A stretch of 64,000 bases of DNA. Source: Octopus sinensis. Taxonomy: Eukaryota. How positions within the stretch are numbered: position 1 is the first letter of the stretch; each line of letters opens with the position of its first letter. The DNA is taken from assembly GCF_006345805.1 (NCBI RefSeq), contig NC_042998.1:25358001-25422000 (forward strand), in the 5' to 3' direction. Under the pieces are notes generated by a model. The model was not told the DNA's origin. It saw only the letters and a program-made list of their open reading frames with translations, and did not search any database. Positions 24,201-38,140 of this stretch are shown piece after piece. Position numbers and translations under genes: made by a program.

Positions 24201-25804
24201 ATATCCATTTGCTTTGCAAGTTAACCCATTACCGAATGCCACTCTTATCTAGACATGTTCTTACCTCATCTCTGCTCACCTTTTTCATTTCACATTCAAC
24301 AGTTTATGTCTGTATCATTTACAGGTGAACAGACTTATAGTTCTATGTTTTAGAATTTTCGTATAAAACTTTTACAGCTTTCAATCAAGATTTGTCTGAA
24401 TCTTTAGCCAAGTAGCATCATTTGAATGATGAATCGTGATGCCAGAAATAATTTTTGCCCTTTTGTGAAAGAAATTGTATTTAAAGAAATGTATCTTGGT
24501 GTAAGTTACTTGTCAAGAATTGTTTACTGGAATTCAATAGGAAGACAGTTGATTTTATAGTAATTTGTTTGTCACTTGAATCTTTGCATAATGCTATAAT
24601 ATTGATTTAATTTTATTAAACTCGAGTTCAATCTTTTCAGGAAAGAAGACAGTTAATTGAAATGACCTCATCATATTTCAGATGTTTATTTAAACCAGAC
24701 ATATAAATGGCAACGTCAACCATGGCAAGTCTGAATTCAGAATTTAGAAGGATGAAACTAAACACTACAGAACATAGAGTCTGGAACATTACTATCTCAG
24801 CCACAAAAATATCCATTTAGTATGAGACATGAATTACAATTACAATTTTTATTATCTTTAGCAGAAAGGATCACACATTAAGAAAAACCTGTAGACTTTT
24901 CATTTAATACTGACAATCAATAATATAATACATTATATTTATCTTTCATCTATTTTAATGATAGCATTTGTTACAAGAAGCTCCTACATTTATGTATTCT
25001 GTTAAAGTATTTATGACAAATTAACTCTTACAACTATATGGTAATTTACGAAGTGTCAACAGCAGTTTAAATTCTCATTGCTGTTGAAGAATATATTAGC
25101 TTCAACCTCATGCAGTCATAAAATCTTTAGTTCTATGCACTTTCAATGAAAGCATTTTTTTTTTTCATGCATCAACAGCATTTGAAGTGAATGGCTGAGC
25201 AATTTGCCAAACACTTAAACTGCTTTCCTCATGCCACAACTAGCTGCAGTAATTGATCAGAATAGAAGTTTTATGAACAATTTTCTGCCTTTATTGCATT
25301 AAAAGATGGTAATCAATAATAGAGACTATTTTGGGCTATGTTATGCAAATAATTTCTTTATTTTATCATATCTATAACCTTTACGCATGCAGATTACTGT
25401 TTTTCTTCTTTAACATTATTACATCCAATCTTTTTCTCCGTGCTAGCATGGGTTGAATAGTTCTTGCATAAATTAGGATATGTGCATGAATTGTCAAGTC
25501 ATGTGTTTTGCATCTGAACATTTAAATGTCATCCCCTTTGCAATAAAGTAGAAAAGATAGCTATTTAAATTTGAGAGTTTTATTTTTATTTTATTTATTT
25601 TTTTTTGTATTTTTACCCCATGTATGTTATTGAAAATTGTTGTAGGGTGATAGAGAACATCCAGACTCTGTTCCTGGCATTTAAGTAGTTCATAAATACC
25701 TCACTTTCTTGATAGGATGCCATTTTAGTATATATTTCGTCCAGAGAAAGACTTTGAAAAAACAGTCCAAGCTAATGTACCTTCTTTATTATTATGTACC
25801 TTCT

Positions 25805-26028
25805 TTATTACCCACAAGCAGCTAAACATAGAGGGGACAAACAAGGACAGACATAGGTATTAAGTCGATTGCATCGACCCCAGTGCGTAACTGGTACTTA
25901 ATTTATCCACCCCAAAAGGATGAAAGGCAAAGTCGACCTCGGCGGAATTTGAACTCAGAATGTAGTGGCAGACGAAATATTGCTAAGCATTTCGCCCAGC
26001 GTGCTAACGTTTCTGCCAGCTCACCACC
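25805..26028 (-). mobile_element. SINE family 1, full length
   Basis: Reverse complement of head, gtcgac core and tail B. Confidence 0.85.
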
Positions 26029-26237
26029 TAATGTACCATTACTTACATACAACCACTGATTACAGGGGTGATCTGTACCTATTGTATGATGGTGAATACC
26101 TGGTGTGAGACATGGAGTTTTTGAGTCTTTTTGTTGACAAAAAAAAAAAATCCACTTATTATAAACCTCTAATGCTTTAACTTATATAATGATCAGCAGA
26201 ATTATTCAGGAGTGCTATGTATGTATTTATGTTGGGA

Positions 26238-26350
26238 AACAATTAATAAAGTACTCATTAATATATTTAATATAGCCAGCAAAGAAAGCAATTAACAACA
26301 ATTAATAAAGTACTCATTAATATATTTAATATAGCCAGCAAAGAAAAGCA
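26238..26350. repeat. 59-bp tandem duplication
   Basis: aacaattaataaagtactcattaatatatttaatatagccagcaaagaaa starts at 26238 and 26297. Confidence 0.9.
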
Positions 26351-26707
26351 AATTAATTAAGACTTATCATAGGAGAGGTAAACTCTAAGCCCTTGCTCAA
26401 ATCTGCTCAAAACATGGAAGGGCAACAATTCTAGATATCAATAATAAATTCTCAGATGATCAAAATGGGTTGACTGCATAAAATTTTCAATTAATCCAAA
26501 GTGGAATCAGGCATGTGATAAAGAACAAAACATTTGCACAAAGCCTAATGTTAAATTAATCTGATCTTGTACAAGTGTAATGAGAGCAAAAAACCTGTTT
26601 TGGTCTTATTAGATTTCCTGAGTGAAGTATAGTCATTACTGTAGCTGCCAGATCCATAATGTCAGCATTATATTCCCTTGCTTTTTCAATTTAGTATGGT
26701 TTATGGT

Positions 26708-27094
26708 GGAGGTGCAATGGCCCAGTGGTTAGGGCAGCGGACTTGCGGTCACAGGATCGCGGTTTCGATTCCCAGACCGGGCATTGTGAGTGTTTATTGA
26801 GCAAAAACACCTAAAGCTCCACGAGGCTCCAGCAGGGGGTGGTGGTGAACCCTGCTGTACTCTTTCACCACAACTTTCTCTCGCTCTTTCTTCCTGTTTC
26901 TCTTGTACCTGTATTTCAAAGGGCCAGCCTTGTCACATTCTGTGTGTCACGCTGAATCTCCTCAAGAACTACGTTAAGGGTACACGTGTCTGTGGAGTGC
27001 TCAGCCACTTGCACGTTAATATCACGAGCAAGCTGTTCTGTTGATCGTATCAGCTGGGACCCTCATCGTCGCAACCGACGGAGTGCTCCTATAC
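26708..27094 (+). mobile_element. H1-headed SINE, full length
   Basis: A and B boxes; 13-bp TSD tatggtttatggt at 26695-26707 and 27095-27107. Confidence 0.9.
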
Positions 27095-27715
27095 TATGGT
27101 TTATGGTTGAAGTAATTGATTTGTGTATCTTTGCTAAGGTGCCAGTCCAAACTTTGATTTGGAAAGGCATAAAAAAACAAAACAAAAGAATTTATTTACT
27201 CTCACATATTTTACTGTGTATTCAACAAAAAATATTATTTCATAAATTCAGCTTTAAAAATGTGATCTATAAAGAAGCATAAGAAATAAACTTGGAGCAC
27301 ACACTAGGCAAAACACCACAGCAGGATGTCGTTATTATGCATTCCAATGTAAAACATAAGTCTGCCTGTTGTTGCTGCTAAACATCAGTTCTGTTCAAGC
27401 TGATGGCTGGTACACTTGATAAAAGAATAGCAACCAAAATCTTCAAATCACATCTTACTATTTTAATCCTATAATATTTAAACTGGCCATATCTGGCCCA
27501 AATATTCTACCTGCTTTAAGTTCAAACTGCTCAGGTCTAACCTCTCACATTTAATAAATATTCATTTAATAAAGTAGAAGCTCAGTTTTTGAACAACTCT
27601 AATCACAAATAAATTGTACTTTATTTCCTGTCTTTCTCATATTTATTTAATACAGTAGTGCCTTGGTTTAATGAAACCCTCTGATCATGAATAAATCATG
27701 CTTGAGATATATCTA

Positions 27716-27758
<43 letters not shown>

Positions 27759-28211
27759 ATATCTATCTATATCTATATATATATATATAAAGTACAATTT
27801 ATTTGTGATCAGATTTGCTTGAAAACTGAAGTGCTGCTATACTATATTTAAAATATTCTCGATACAATAATTCAACTTTACAATGGTGGAATAATATTAA
27901 ATTGCTGGAATGCTATCAAATTGTTAACTCCCTAATCATGGGGTTTCAAAATTTGTTGAATGTTATATGCCTTCAAATATCCTAGTTTGATAATTTCAAT
28001 TTGTGACCAAAAAATAAAAATATATTTTAGGTTACTGTATCTTTTCACAAAGCAAAATAGTTTTAGCTTTGAAAATTTGTAACCACGTGACCATTTATAA
28101 AATTTGAAACTAGTTTCATGTGATAACTTTAAACTATTCATGAGTGGCCAAGTGTGAAAGTGAAGTTTCCAGAAACCAAATAAGAAAATCCGAAACTAGT
28201 TTTGCAAGACA

Positions 28212-28532
28212 GGGTAAAGACCCCACTCGATCATGAATGATCATGGGATCTTACCTAGAAAGTTCCCCTCCGAATTACAGGTCTGGGCAAGGTTGTTTGT
28301 GGAGGACCAGCAGTTGTCCATGCATACCAGACTTCATTTTCCATACCACCGATGTTGTCCAAGGGAAAGACAAAGACCAATACAGCTTGGCACCAGTAAT
28401 GTTGCAAATTCATTTCTACAGCTGAGAGAACTGGAGCAATGTGAAATAAATTTTCTTGCTCCAGAACGCAACACATCAAACTCACAGCCTCACGATTCTA
28501 AGCCCGACGCTCTAACCACTAAGCCATGTGCA
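28212..28532 (-). mobile_element. SINE family 4
   Basis: Reverse complement homologous to 44635-44977, with an internal deletion in the head. Confidence 0.8.
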
Positions 28533-29044
28533 TTCACATTGCATGACAATGGACAGTTTAAACACGTTATGAGTGAAGAGATATAAAAAATATAAACCTA
28601 TTACCAAGTGACCAAGGATGAAAATTTGAAACTATTTTTATGTGAATGAGTGTGTTTATTTGAAACTTGCTTTTGAGAGATAGAATAGGTCTGTTGTTTA
28701 TTCAATGCTGACACTCTTGTCCTATAACATGCATGTTTTCCCTCATATAACATTAAAAATCACAGCATACAGAGAATCTGCGATATTTGTATTTTTTTAA
28801 TGTTGATGAGGCTATTTATTTTGACACCAAATAGGGGACTTTCAGTTCCTTCTAAGAATTAGATAGATGGATCCTTATTTATACAATATAAGTTATATCT
28901 TTTAGAAATATAAAAATTTCCATGTTCTCATAATCATATATCATGTTTCTACATTGCATCGTATTTTTTCTTTGTTTTTTTGTTTTTTCTGAATCAAAGC
29001 TACATTTATATTTTTTTTAGGGGGAGTTTATTTTTTTACCTTTA

Positions 29045-29335
29045 TAAAGGCATCTCGTATCCTCCAAGCATATCAGATAATCTATGGCATTTACCTGATT
29101 CATGAATCCACACTGAATATCAGATATCAGTGAGGATATTATATTGCCCAACAGAGATTAGTTTGTAATTTTCAGGATCAAAATGTCAACTCCTGGTTTT
29201 GGTATGGGATTGATGATATATTCTTTCCAAGAAGGAAAAATCTATGGAAGACCAAATGCGCTTTAAAGTTAAAAGCCATAATTAGGATAAGTAATGATAT
29301 TATTGAAAGATGTTCAATCCAGCAGTTTAGCTAGA
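29045..29335 (-). mobile_element. I/Nimb-like LINE reverse-transcriptase N-terminal fossil
   Basis: With frameshifts: RIWSSIDF..WKEYIINPIPKPGVD-FDPENYKLIS...ISDIQCGF..AIDYLICLE, matching WK.A.IIPIPKPGKD...PENYRPISL...QCGFR. Confidence 0.7.
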
Positions 29336-29750
29336 CATTGTGCTGTCCAGGCATCCTTTGAATTTTCCTCAACACCATCACTGAAAGGCAGAACACACAC
29401 ACACACACACACACATTGATGGATGGCTGCATGGATGGATGGATATCTTGTGCGTACAGTATAACTGTACAACTATAGTATGAGTTGGAGCTCCACGTAG
29501 ATTATCGTCATCTAGTATAGTGGTTAATCTACTGTTGTACTTGGCAGTTTTAGAAGATATGATATACAGAGCATACATAGTGAAAATTAAGGTAAACACT
29601 GGCGTATATAAGTAGTTCCTATGTATGTTTAGCCATTGCAGTTATTTGGAATTATGCATTAGACATTCCTAGAGCATTTCAAAGCCTAAATGCAATAGAT
29701 CATCAGGGGAGCATTTTGTTACAAAGATCAAATGCACATACATGTACACA

Positions 29751-29834
<84 letters not shown>

Positions 29835-29836
<2 letters not shown>

Positions 29837-29925
29837 GGTGCAGCCTTCTGGCTTCCCAGACCCCAGTTGAACCGTCCAACCCATGCTAGCATGGAAAGCG
29901 TATGCTAAATGATGATGATGATTAC
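29835..29925 (+). mobile_element. Family 3 3' stub
   Basis: ccaacccatgctagcatggaaagcg..aaatgatgatgatg. Confidence 0.75.
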
Positions 29926-30879
29926 TTTTTAATTGCTTTATTGAAAAATAATTATTTCTCAGCTCTTTTTTTTTTTTTTTTTGCTCTTTTAAAGCATTGC
30001 ATCAAGGGTATTTACAAATGGAAAAAATCTAAGATTTAGATATGGGTCTCTCATATCTTCAAGAGAGTTTATAGGTGTTTGGATTAGATCAGTTTCATAG
30101 ATATAGGTCTTTGTATATATTTTCAAAACCTTATAAGGAAAGAGAAAACGAAGAGTGATCGTGGGTTCAGTGGAAGTATATGCTCTATTTTCTGGATGCA
30201 AGTATTTAGAAGAACTATCATTAACATAGCAGCTCTTCTTAAAGCTGCAGCCTCAGTAATTTTCACGTCTTCAAAGACATTGAATCTTTTTGATACAAGC
30301 ACAGATGGATCTTCTAAAGACTGTGCTTCTGTTGATTTGGGACTTGTTAATATTCAAATTTATTCTAGTTTCATCTTCAATCTTTTTTTCCTTTTTATTT
30401 TTCCTCTTCACTGATGTTTTTAGGGGTTTTCTTTTTCTTTTTGATTGATTTATAGGTTGGCTCAGTGATGCTGGTTTTTCTGTACTTTGATAATAAATTT
30501 ACAGTTGATGTTAATGTGCAGTTTGTTAATAATGGTAATGATGCATTAACAAGCCTGGAATGTATTTTTGGGAGAGTTTTCTGTTCCATCAGACTTCAGA
30601 ATTTTAAAAAAGATGTAGTCTTGAGATTTTATATTTGCATACGATGTCAACTTGGTATTTTGGAGATTTTTTTTTTTTTTTTTTGTATATAGACTCACTT
30701 GAGCCATTTTAACTTATTGTGTTCCTTTTTCCATGGTACAAATTTAGTATAATTTGGAATAAAAGGCATGATTTTTTATATATTATTTTCATATATTATA
30801 TTACATACTCATACACATACTTATATGTTTAAAATTAAAATATAGTTTTTACTATCAAACTATGATAAAGTGATGTAAA

Positions 30880-30977
30880 GCCCTGATGATTGGGGTTATA
30901 TTTTAAGTAAGGTTCCTGCAAAACACGGCATGGTTAAGGAACCAGAATATGAACCTCAAGAAACACGTGTAGCCGAG
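30880..30977 (+). ncRNA. Type-I hammerhead-like motif with extended stem II
   Basis: CTGATGA (30883-89); ttggggtt/aacctcaa 8-bp stem II with inner ggttcct/aggaacc; GAAA (30960-63); palindrome CACGTG; TA. Stem I is imperfect. Confidence 0.6.
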
Positions 30978-31049
30978 ATATAAGTAATAAGTATTAAATT
31001 AAATTAAAATTCTTTTATATGGTGGGATGAAGGAGCCTACTATCTCTAA

Positions 31050-31230
31050 ATGAAAAAATATATTAAAATATAAAAATATAAAATATATCAAAATCTAAAA
31101 ATATAAAATATATAAAAATATAAAATATATAAAAATATAAAAATATAAAATATATAAAAATATAAAAATATAAAATATATAAAAATATAAAGATATAAAA
31201 TATATAAAAATATAAAAATATAAATATTAT
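31050..31230. repeat. (AAAATAT/AAAATATAT)n satellite
   Basis: Direct inspection. Confidence 0.9.
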
Positions 31231-31784
31231 AAAAATCTAGCAAAACTAGTGGTGGTTTATATTCTGCAAAATTTTGCTTTCTTTTATGGTAAAATCAAAA
31301 GTGTGTCTGAGTTCCTATATTGTTGGAAAAAGAATTTCCTTATATTTTGTTTATCAAGATTTGGTACTATTAAATATAAAAGGAGGAGAATCACTTATGC
31401 CTTTTATCTAATGTCTGACACTGACATTTGTTTCTCAATGGCACCATTTTCTAATTTTCTCTTTCATTTCATTATTTTGTATCTGAGTAGTTCATAATTA
31501 CTAAAATAGGTGATTTTGTTGTAATTGTTTATTTTCAGTACCTAAAGCTAATTTGTTAAATTTTAATTAATATCTCTCTTCTTAAAGTAGATTTGATGCT
31601 TTTTTTTCTAGCACCATACTCATTCTGACATTAGTACTGAATTTGTGTAAAAGTTTTCAAATGCCTTTAGCTGTGCATTGTCTCTTGCCTATAATTTTAA
31701 AGCTTCTATATAGCAGATATGGCTTAGATTTCATGCACAACAGTTGTACCACCATTTGCAATTTAATTCATCAGAATTTTTAGC

Positions 31785-31832
31785 AGTCATAGCCTGATGG
31801 AACAGTGGAGTCATAGCCTGATGGAACAGTGG
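31785..31832. repeat. Perfect 24-bp tandem duplication
   Basis: agtcatagcctgatggaacagtgg twice. Confidence 0.95.
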
Positions 31833-31939
31833 CCAAAATATTCTACCTGTTTTATGTTCAAACCAGCCAAATCCATCCTCTCACACCTACCCAACAATGT
31901 CCTTCTAAAAATAGGTAATGTAATCACAGAAAAATCTTG

Positions 31940-32140
31940 AACCTGTAAAATAATCTTTTCTACTCTAGCCACAGGGCCCAAAATTTTTGAAGTGGGGTCC
32001 AGTTGATGAGATCAAAACTCCAGTACACAACTGGTACTTAATCTATCAACCCAGAAAAGATGAAAGGTAAAGTCGACCTCAGCAGAAGTGGAATTCAGAA
32101 CGTAAAGACAGACGAAATCCCGCTAAGCATTCACCCAGCA
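31940..32140 (-). mobile_element. SINE family 1, diverged
   Basis: ctggtacttaatctatcaaccc..gatgaaaggtaaagtcgacctc. Confidence 0.75.
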
Positions 32141-32429
32141 TAGTAGAATTGAACCAAAAACCATATGGGTGAGAGACAAATTACTATATTTTTTCTCTCT
32201 TGCTATTTTTTATATTTACCTTGAAATAAAGTATCTTGCTCCAGAACACAACACATCAAACTCACAGCCCCACGATTCTAAGCCCGATGCTCTAACCACT
32301 GAGCCATGCACATTCACACTGCATGACAATAGACATTTTAAACTCATTATGAGCGAAGAGGTATAAGAATATAAACCTATCACCAAGTGACCAAGGATGA
32401 AAATTTGAAACTAGTTTTAAGTGACTCTC

Positions 32430-32550
32430 TTGCATTTATATTAACCTTGAAAATTTTGCATTTATATTTACCATGAAAATTTTGCATTTATATTTACCTT
32501 GAAAATTTTGCATTTATATTTACCTTGAAAATTTTGCATTTATATTTACC
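32430..32550. repeat. 26-bp minisatellite (approx. 4.5 units)
   Basis: Unit ttgaaaattttgcatttatatttacc. Confidence 0.9.
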
Positions 32551-33269
32551 TGTAGTTTTAATCATTGGTCAGCTGAGTTTCTATTTTGTACTTGTTGTTT
32601 TCTTACACACAGTAAAAAGAATTTTTTTCCCCTCCCCTATTCTTTGCTCCCTTGTCATCTTTATAATAATCTTTTAAGCCCATTAATGTTACTCTGTCAT
32701 AGGGAGGGATGGACTATAATAACGATCAGTAAGAGAAGCAAAAGCAGAAAGAAAAAAAAAATCATATTTAAATATTTAAAAGCAGAAGCTGCATTAAAAT
32801 ATGATTAATATTTTAAGTCATTAAATCATGTTCAAGTTTCACTTGAATCAGGAGGCAAAATCTTGCCTGAAGCTCATATAATTTAACTTCAATTTTAATA
32901 ATGGATGTAGCGCTTCTTAAAATTGTAACCAAGAATACTTTCAAGTATGCAGTTATTATCATATGCTCAAGAATCTATTCCATATGAATGGAACAAAATG
33001 TTCTATATTTCTTTAAACTCTAATAGCTGCATATTCTCCAGCCTAGAACTAAAATGTGCAATAAATTCTATTGATCTTTGTTAGATGTTATTTTCTGTGT
33101 TAATGCAGTGAGAGAAGATACGTAGACCATCCATAAAAAGACCAATTTGTTCTTCAGCCTATGATTAATTTCTCAATAGTGGTGATTTAGCAAAGGAATT
33201 AGTAAACTACATCAAAATTGAATGATCTTCTTATTGTTGTCCGTCATCTTTTTATAGTACTTGTTCTCT

Positions 33270-33621
33270 TTCTCCACCGCCGTCATCTTCATCGTCATCG
33301 TTGGTGTCATCATCATCATTATCATCCTCATCATCATCAATGTCATCATCATCGTTGTCATCATCATTGTCATCATTTCATCGTCGTCATCGTCGTCATC
33401 ATTGTTGTCATCAACATCAAAATTTGTCATCATCATCAGGTTGTCATCGCCGTCATTATTGTCATCATCATCACCAGCACCACAATCATCATCATCGTCG
33501 TCGTCGTCATCATCATCATCATCATTGTCATCATCACCATCATTATTATCATCATCATCGGCATTATCATCATCATCATTGTCATCATCATTATCATTAT
33601 TATTATTATTAATTATTATCA

Positions 33622-33667
<46 letters not shown>

Positions 33668-33670
33668 TAA
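33270..33670. repeat. Degenerate (TCA)n grading into (TTA)n
   Basis: Explains the poly-D/S/H/I ORFs at 33212-33742. Confidence 0.95.
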
Positions 33671-35049
33671 GGATGTGGTCTGACAGTAACATTGTAGAAT
33701 CAGACTAAATTTCTCTTCAATATTTAATATCATTTCCTCCATGCTCTGAGTTCAAATCCAGCTAGCATTAGCTTTTTCTTTCATTTTGCCAGCATCAATA
33801 ATTTTTCTAATCCATACTGAGGATGTGCATGAGTGTGTGTGTCTGTGTGTGTGTGTGTGTGTCTGTGTAGGGGTGGGTGGGTAAAGAGTTATATGATAAT
33901 GTAAAAGAAAACAGTAAATGTCACAAAATGTGTAAATTTTCCTAATTCATTTGGGTCCGTAATGTATGATCATTTGTCTGTGCAGGACTGTTTTACCTCA
34001 TGTAAAATGCTATTTATGTTGTTAGTTAAAATATTGCTTAAATAAACCATAATTCTTCAAAATTAATATCTGAATAATTGGGAAGTCTAAACAAGAACGA
34101 AATGAGTAAACCTGGTTTAGATGTTTCTTATTTTCAGCTTGCCTCATTTTATTTTCTTAGAATTCTATTAAAAAGAAAGAAAGAAGGGAATGAAGAAAGT
34201 AACGGTGTGATAATTTTACATATTTTCAGATGTTTAAGATGGAATCACATCTCATAAAATTAATCACAATTTTATGAAACCAGTCCATTTTATAAAAAGA
34301 GGAAAAATGTTTTGAATTAAGCCAAATGGAAAGATATTATCTTATAAAGGGTAGAAGAGTGAAAAATAAATATAATTGCAACAGTGCTGAGATGAGATAA
34401 AGCATGTAGAAAATCAGAAACACTGCAAGAGAGATGGGGGGAGGAGATGGGAGGGAGGGAGAGAGAAAGAGAAAGAGAGAGAAAGAAAAAGAGAGAGAGA
34501 AAGAAAAAGAGAGAGAGAAATGTGAGCTGAGTGTGTTGATGTAAAATGATGAGTGATAGGAAGAGAAAAGTGGAAGAAAGAGATGAGGGAAAGGGAGAGG
34601 CTGTGAGAGAAGAAGAGAAAGGAAAGCAAGGGAGATAAGAGGAAATTAAAGATGGCTGAACATAGATTAAAATGAGTCAGAGGATGATAGAGAGGGAACA
34701 GAGTCAAGTAGACGAGGAAGTGGTGATAAGCAAAGTGAAAATTCTACATTGCATAAAAATTACTGCATTGCTCTGTAACAGCAATTATTCAACAAGTTCA
34801 GCTGCAGTTGTTGAAGGCAGGTTTCCTGTTCACAGAATCTAGCAGTCAATATGAATGTCTTACAAATTTAAATGCATAAATTTCAACATAATTTATTTAT
34901 CCATCATCTGCTTCTCTGTGTATGTGTGTATGTGCATATGTATGTGTGTGCGTTTGTGTATAGCATGTCTATTTGTTATTATACGCAGGTGTGAGGATAT
35001 AAATATAAATAGGGAGAGACACACACAATGGCTGTGTATGTGTATATCT

Positions 35050-35440
35050 CTTTTACTCTCTCTTTTACTTGTTTCAGTCATTTGACTGTGGCCATGCTGG
35101 AGCACCACCTTTTAGTCGAGCAAATTGACCCCAGGACTTATTCTTTGTAAGCCTAGTACTTATTCTATCGGTCTCTTTTGCCGAACTGCTAAGTTACGGG
35201 GACGTAAACACACCAGCATCGGTTGTCAAGCGATGTTGGGGGGACAAACACAGACACACAAACACGCACACAAATATATATATATATATATACGATGGGC
35301 TTCTTTCAGTTTCCGTCTGCCAAATCCACTCAAGGCTTTGGTTGGCCCGAGGCTATAGTAGAAGACACTTACCCAAGGTGCCACGCAGTGGGAATGAACC
35401 CGGAACCATGTGGCTGGTAAGCAAGCTACTTACCACACAG

Positions 35441-35442
<2 letters not shown>
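35050..35442 (-). mobile_element. SINE family 2, full length
   Basis: Colinear with the consensus from tail to tRNA-like head. Confidence 0.85.
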
Positions 35443-35489
<47 letters not shown>

Positions 35490-35490
<1 letters not shown>

Positions 35491-35896
35491 CTTTTATTCT
35501 TTTACTTGTTTCAGTTATTTGACTGCAGCCATGCTGGCATACCACCTTTAGTGGACCAAATCTACCCCAGGATATATTCTTTATATGCCTAGTACTTATT
35601 CTATTGGTCTCTTTTGCCAAACTGCTAAGCTACGTAAACACACCAGCATTGTTTGTCAAGTGATGGTGATGGGGAGGGGGACAAACATCAAAACACAAAT
35701 ATATACATATATATGCATCATCATCATCATTATCATACTCATTTTTTTTCTCTCCTTGTTTCTTTCTGTGTTCCTTTCTGTGGAAGAGCGTAGGCTCGAA
35801 ACGTTAAAAACTTTTTCAATTCCCGAGCATTATACTAATGCATCTGTTTGTTTTCTACACCACCGGGTTTCATCTTTTGTTTTTTGTGTGAATTCT

Positions 35897-35933
<37 letters not shown>

Positions 35934-36090
35934 GCTTCTTTCAGTTTCTGACTACCACATTCACTTACAAGACTTTGGTCAGCCTGAGGCTATAGTAGTT
36001 GACACTTGCCCAAGATGGCATACACTACGACTGAACCCAGAACCATGTGCTTGGAAAACAAGCTTTTTACCACACAGCCATGCCTGCACT
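35490..36090 (-). mobile_element. SINE family 2 split by an HH-A element
   Basis: 3' half at 35490-35700, 5' half at 35930-36090. Confidence 0.75.
35745..35900 (+). mobile_element. Family HH-A element
   Basis: ccttt CTGTGGA A GAGC GTAG GCTC GAAA CG TT aaaaa at 35773-35810; ends in (TA)n. Confidence 0.7.
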
Positions 36091-36127
<37 letters not shown>

Positions 36128-36130
<3 letters not shown>

Positions 36131-36360
36131 ATAGAAATGATAAGACAACAAAATAATGAAAGAGACCGCGATATTATGTAAAGAGAGAAATTTATCTGTA
36201 AATGTAATACGTAACAATTATTCGGTAGCGAAGATAAAACTCCAAGTTTCAGATGTCAGGACGGAAACCCACACCACCTTCAGTTATCCAGCCATTGAGA
36301 TATCCCAAGCTTGGAGCTTTATCATGCCTACCAAATAATTGTCACATATTATATTTACAG
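36128..36360. mobile_element. Family HH-B palindromic element (degenerate)
   Basis: ttgatagaaatgataagacaac leader; minus-strand gataa CTGAAGG...GAAA cttggag TT ttatc at 36233-36288; flanked by (TA)n. Confidence 0.65.
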
Positions 36361-36373
36361 ATATATATATATA

Positions 36374-36406
<33 letters not shown>

Positions 36407-36611
36407 TATATATATTTACACACATACACACACACACAGTGACTATACATGTGAGTGGGGGAAGGTACAGTAGTTTTGATGTTAGACTCACAATTATAAA
36501 ATTGTGGGTTCAGTTCTTGGTGTGAGCAGCAAATTGTATCATTGAGCCAGTACTTTGTCCAAGAGCAAACTGCTTCAGCTGACTCAGATAAAAATGAGAA
36601 CCAGCACCAAC

Positions 36612-36652
<41 letters not shown>

Positions 36653-37224
36653 GTGTTTGTGAAGTGGGGTTAACATTACCATAGACTGATAACCTATTTA
36701 GTGAAGAATTTTGTACTTACCCACTTAAATACTAGAAAACCTAAAAGAACTTCTAGCCTAAAGGTTCTGCAGACTGAAGGAAAACTTAAATTATGTATCC
36801 ACGTCATCAACATCATCAGCATCATCATCTGTTGACATCAACTTTTCCATGCTTGCAGGGGTCTAATGGAATTCATAGAAGCAGATGCCCTTCCTATCAC
36901 CAACTCTTCCATGTAAAGAAATAAATATTTCCCTACAGCCAGACAAGTTTTTATGGCAGATTGGAAGCTATGGGCACAGATTGTATGATGGACACACTCC
37001 ACACACACATATATATATATATAAATATATTTATTACAGAGTTATTTATTACAGAGTTTCCATCTATGAGATTCACTTGCAGAACTTTGGTTAGCCAAGA
37101 ACAAGCATAGAAAACATTTGCCAAATGTTTTACAGAGAGGAAGTGAAACCAGAACCATCTGTGAAGCACATAGATGTGTGTGTGTGTATGTGTTTGTGTG
37201 AGTGTGTGTGTGTGTACATGTGTG

Positions 37225-37670
37225 TGTATGTATGTATGTATGTATGTATGTATGTATGTATGTATGTATGTATGTATGTATTTATGTATGTATGTTATAT
37301 TATGTATGTATGTATGTATGTATGTATTTATGTATGTATGTATGTATGTATGTATGTATGTGGTATGTATGTATGTATGTATGTATGTAGTATGTATGTA
37401 TGTATGTATTTTTATGTATTTGTATTTATGTATGTATGTATGTATTATGTATGTATGATGTATGTTATGTATGTATGTATGTATGTATTATGTATGTATT
37501 ATGTATGTATGTATGTATGTATGTATTGTATGTATGTAGGTGTATGTATGTATGTATTGTATGTATGTATGTATGTATGTATGTATGTATGTATGTATTT
37601 ATGTATGTATGTATGTATGTATGTATGTATGTATGTATGTATTTATGTATGTATGTATGTATGTATGTAA
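37225..37670. repeat. (TATG)n microsatellite
   Basis: Direct inspection. Confidence 0.95.
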
Positions 37671-37671
37671 G

Positions 37672-37723
<52 letters not shown>

Positions 37724-37934
37724 TACATATATATAAATATATACATACATTTATATGTAACCGTATATTTATGTGTGTGTATATATATATATATATGTAT
37801 GTATGTATGTGTGTGAAGCATTTGGCTATATGTATGTGTGTGTGTGTGTGTAGCATTTGGCTATATGTATGTGTGTTTGTTTAGCATTTAGCTACCTTAA
37901 GAGTCACCATGATTAATTGCTAAATCCACAATTT

Positions 37935-38092
37935 TTTATTTTCTCTCTATTTATTTTGTCTTATTCCTTTCTGTCAAAGACCGTAGGCTCAAAACGTAAA
38001 AGATTTTTCACTTTCCTGAGCATCAAACTAACACACCTGTTTGCTGTTCATACATTTCTCTTCATCTTTTGGTTTTTCTGTAAACTTCAACA
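37935..38092 (+). mobile_element. Family HH-A element
   Basis: ccttt CTGTCAA A GACC GTAG GCTC AAAA CG TA aaaga at 37966-38003 (degenerate). Confidence 0.65.
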
Positions 38093-38140
38093 TATATATA
38101 TATATATAAATAAATAAGTATGTATATATATATATATATA

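Noticed and set aside
26047-26099. Minus-strand exon (IHHHTIGTDHPCNQWLY) ending in gtaagt
   Set aside because: Only 53 nt, no recognisable homology, and GTAAGT is expected many times in 64 kb.
29990-30600. ORF1 of the LINE whose RT lies at 29045-29335
   Set aside because: Position and strand fit, but there is no diagnostic motif.
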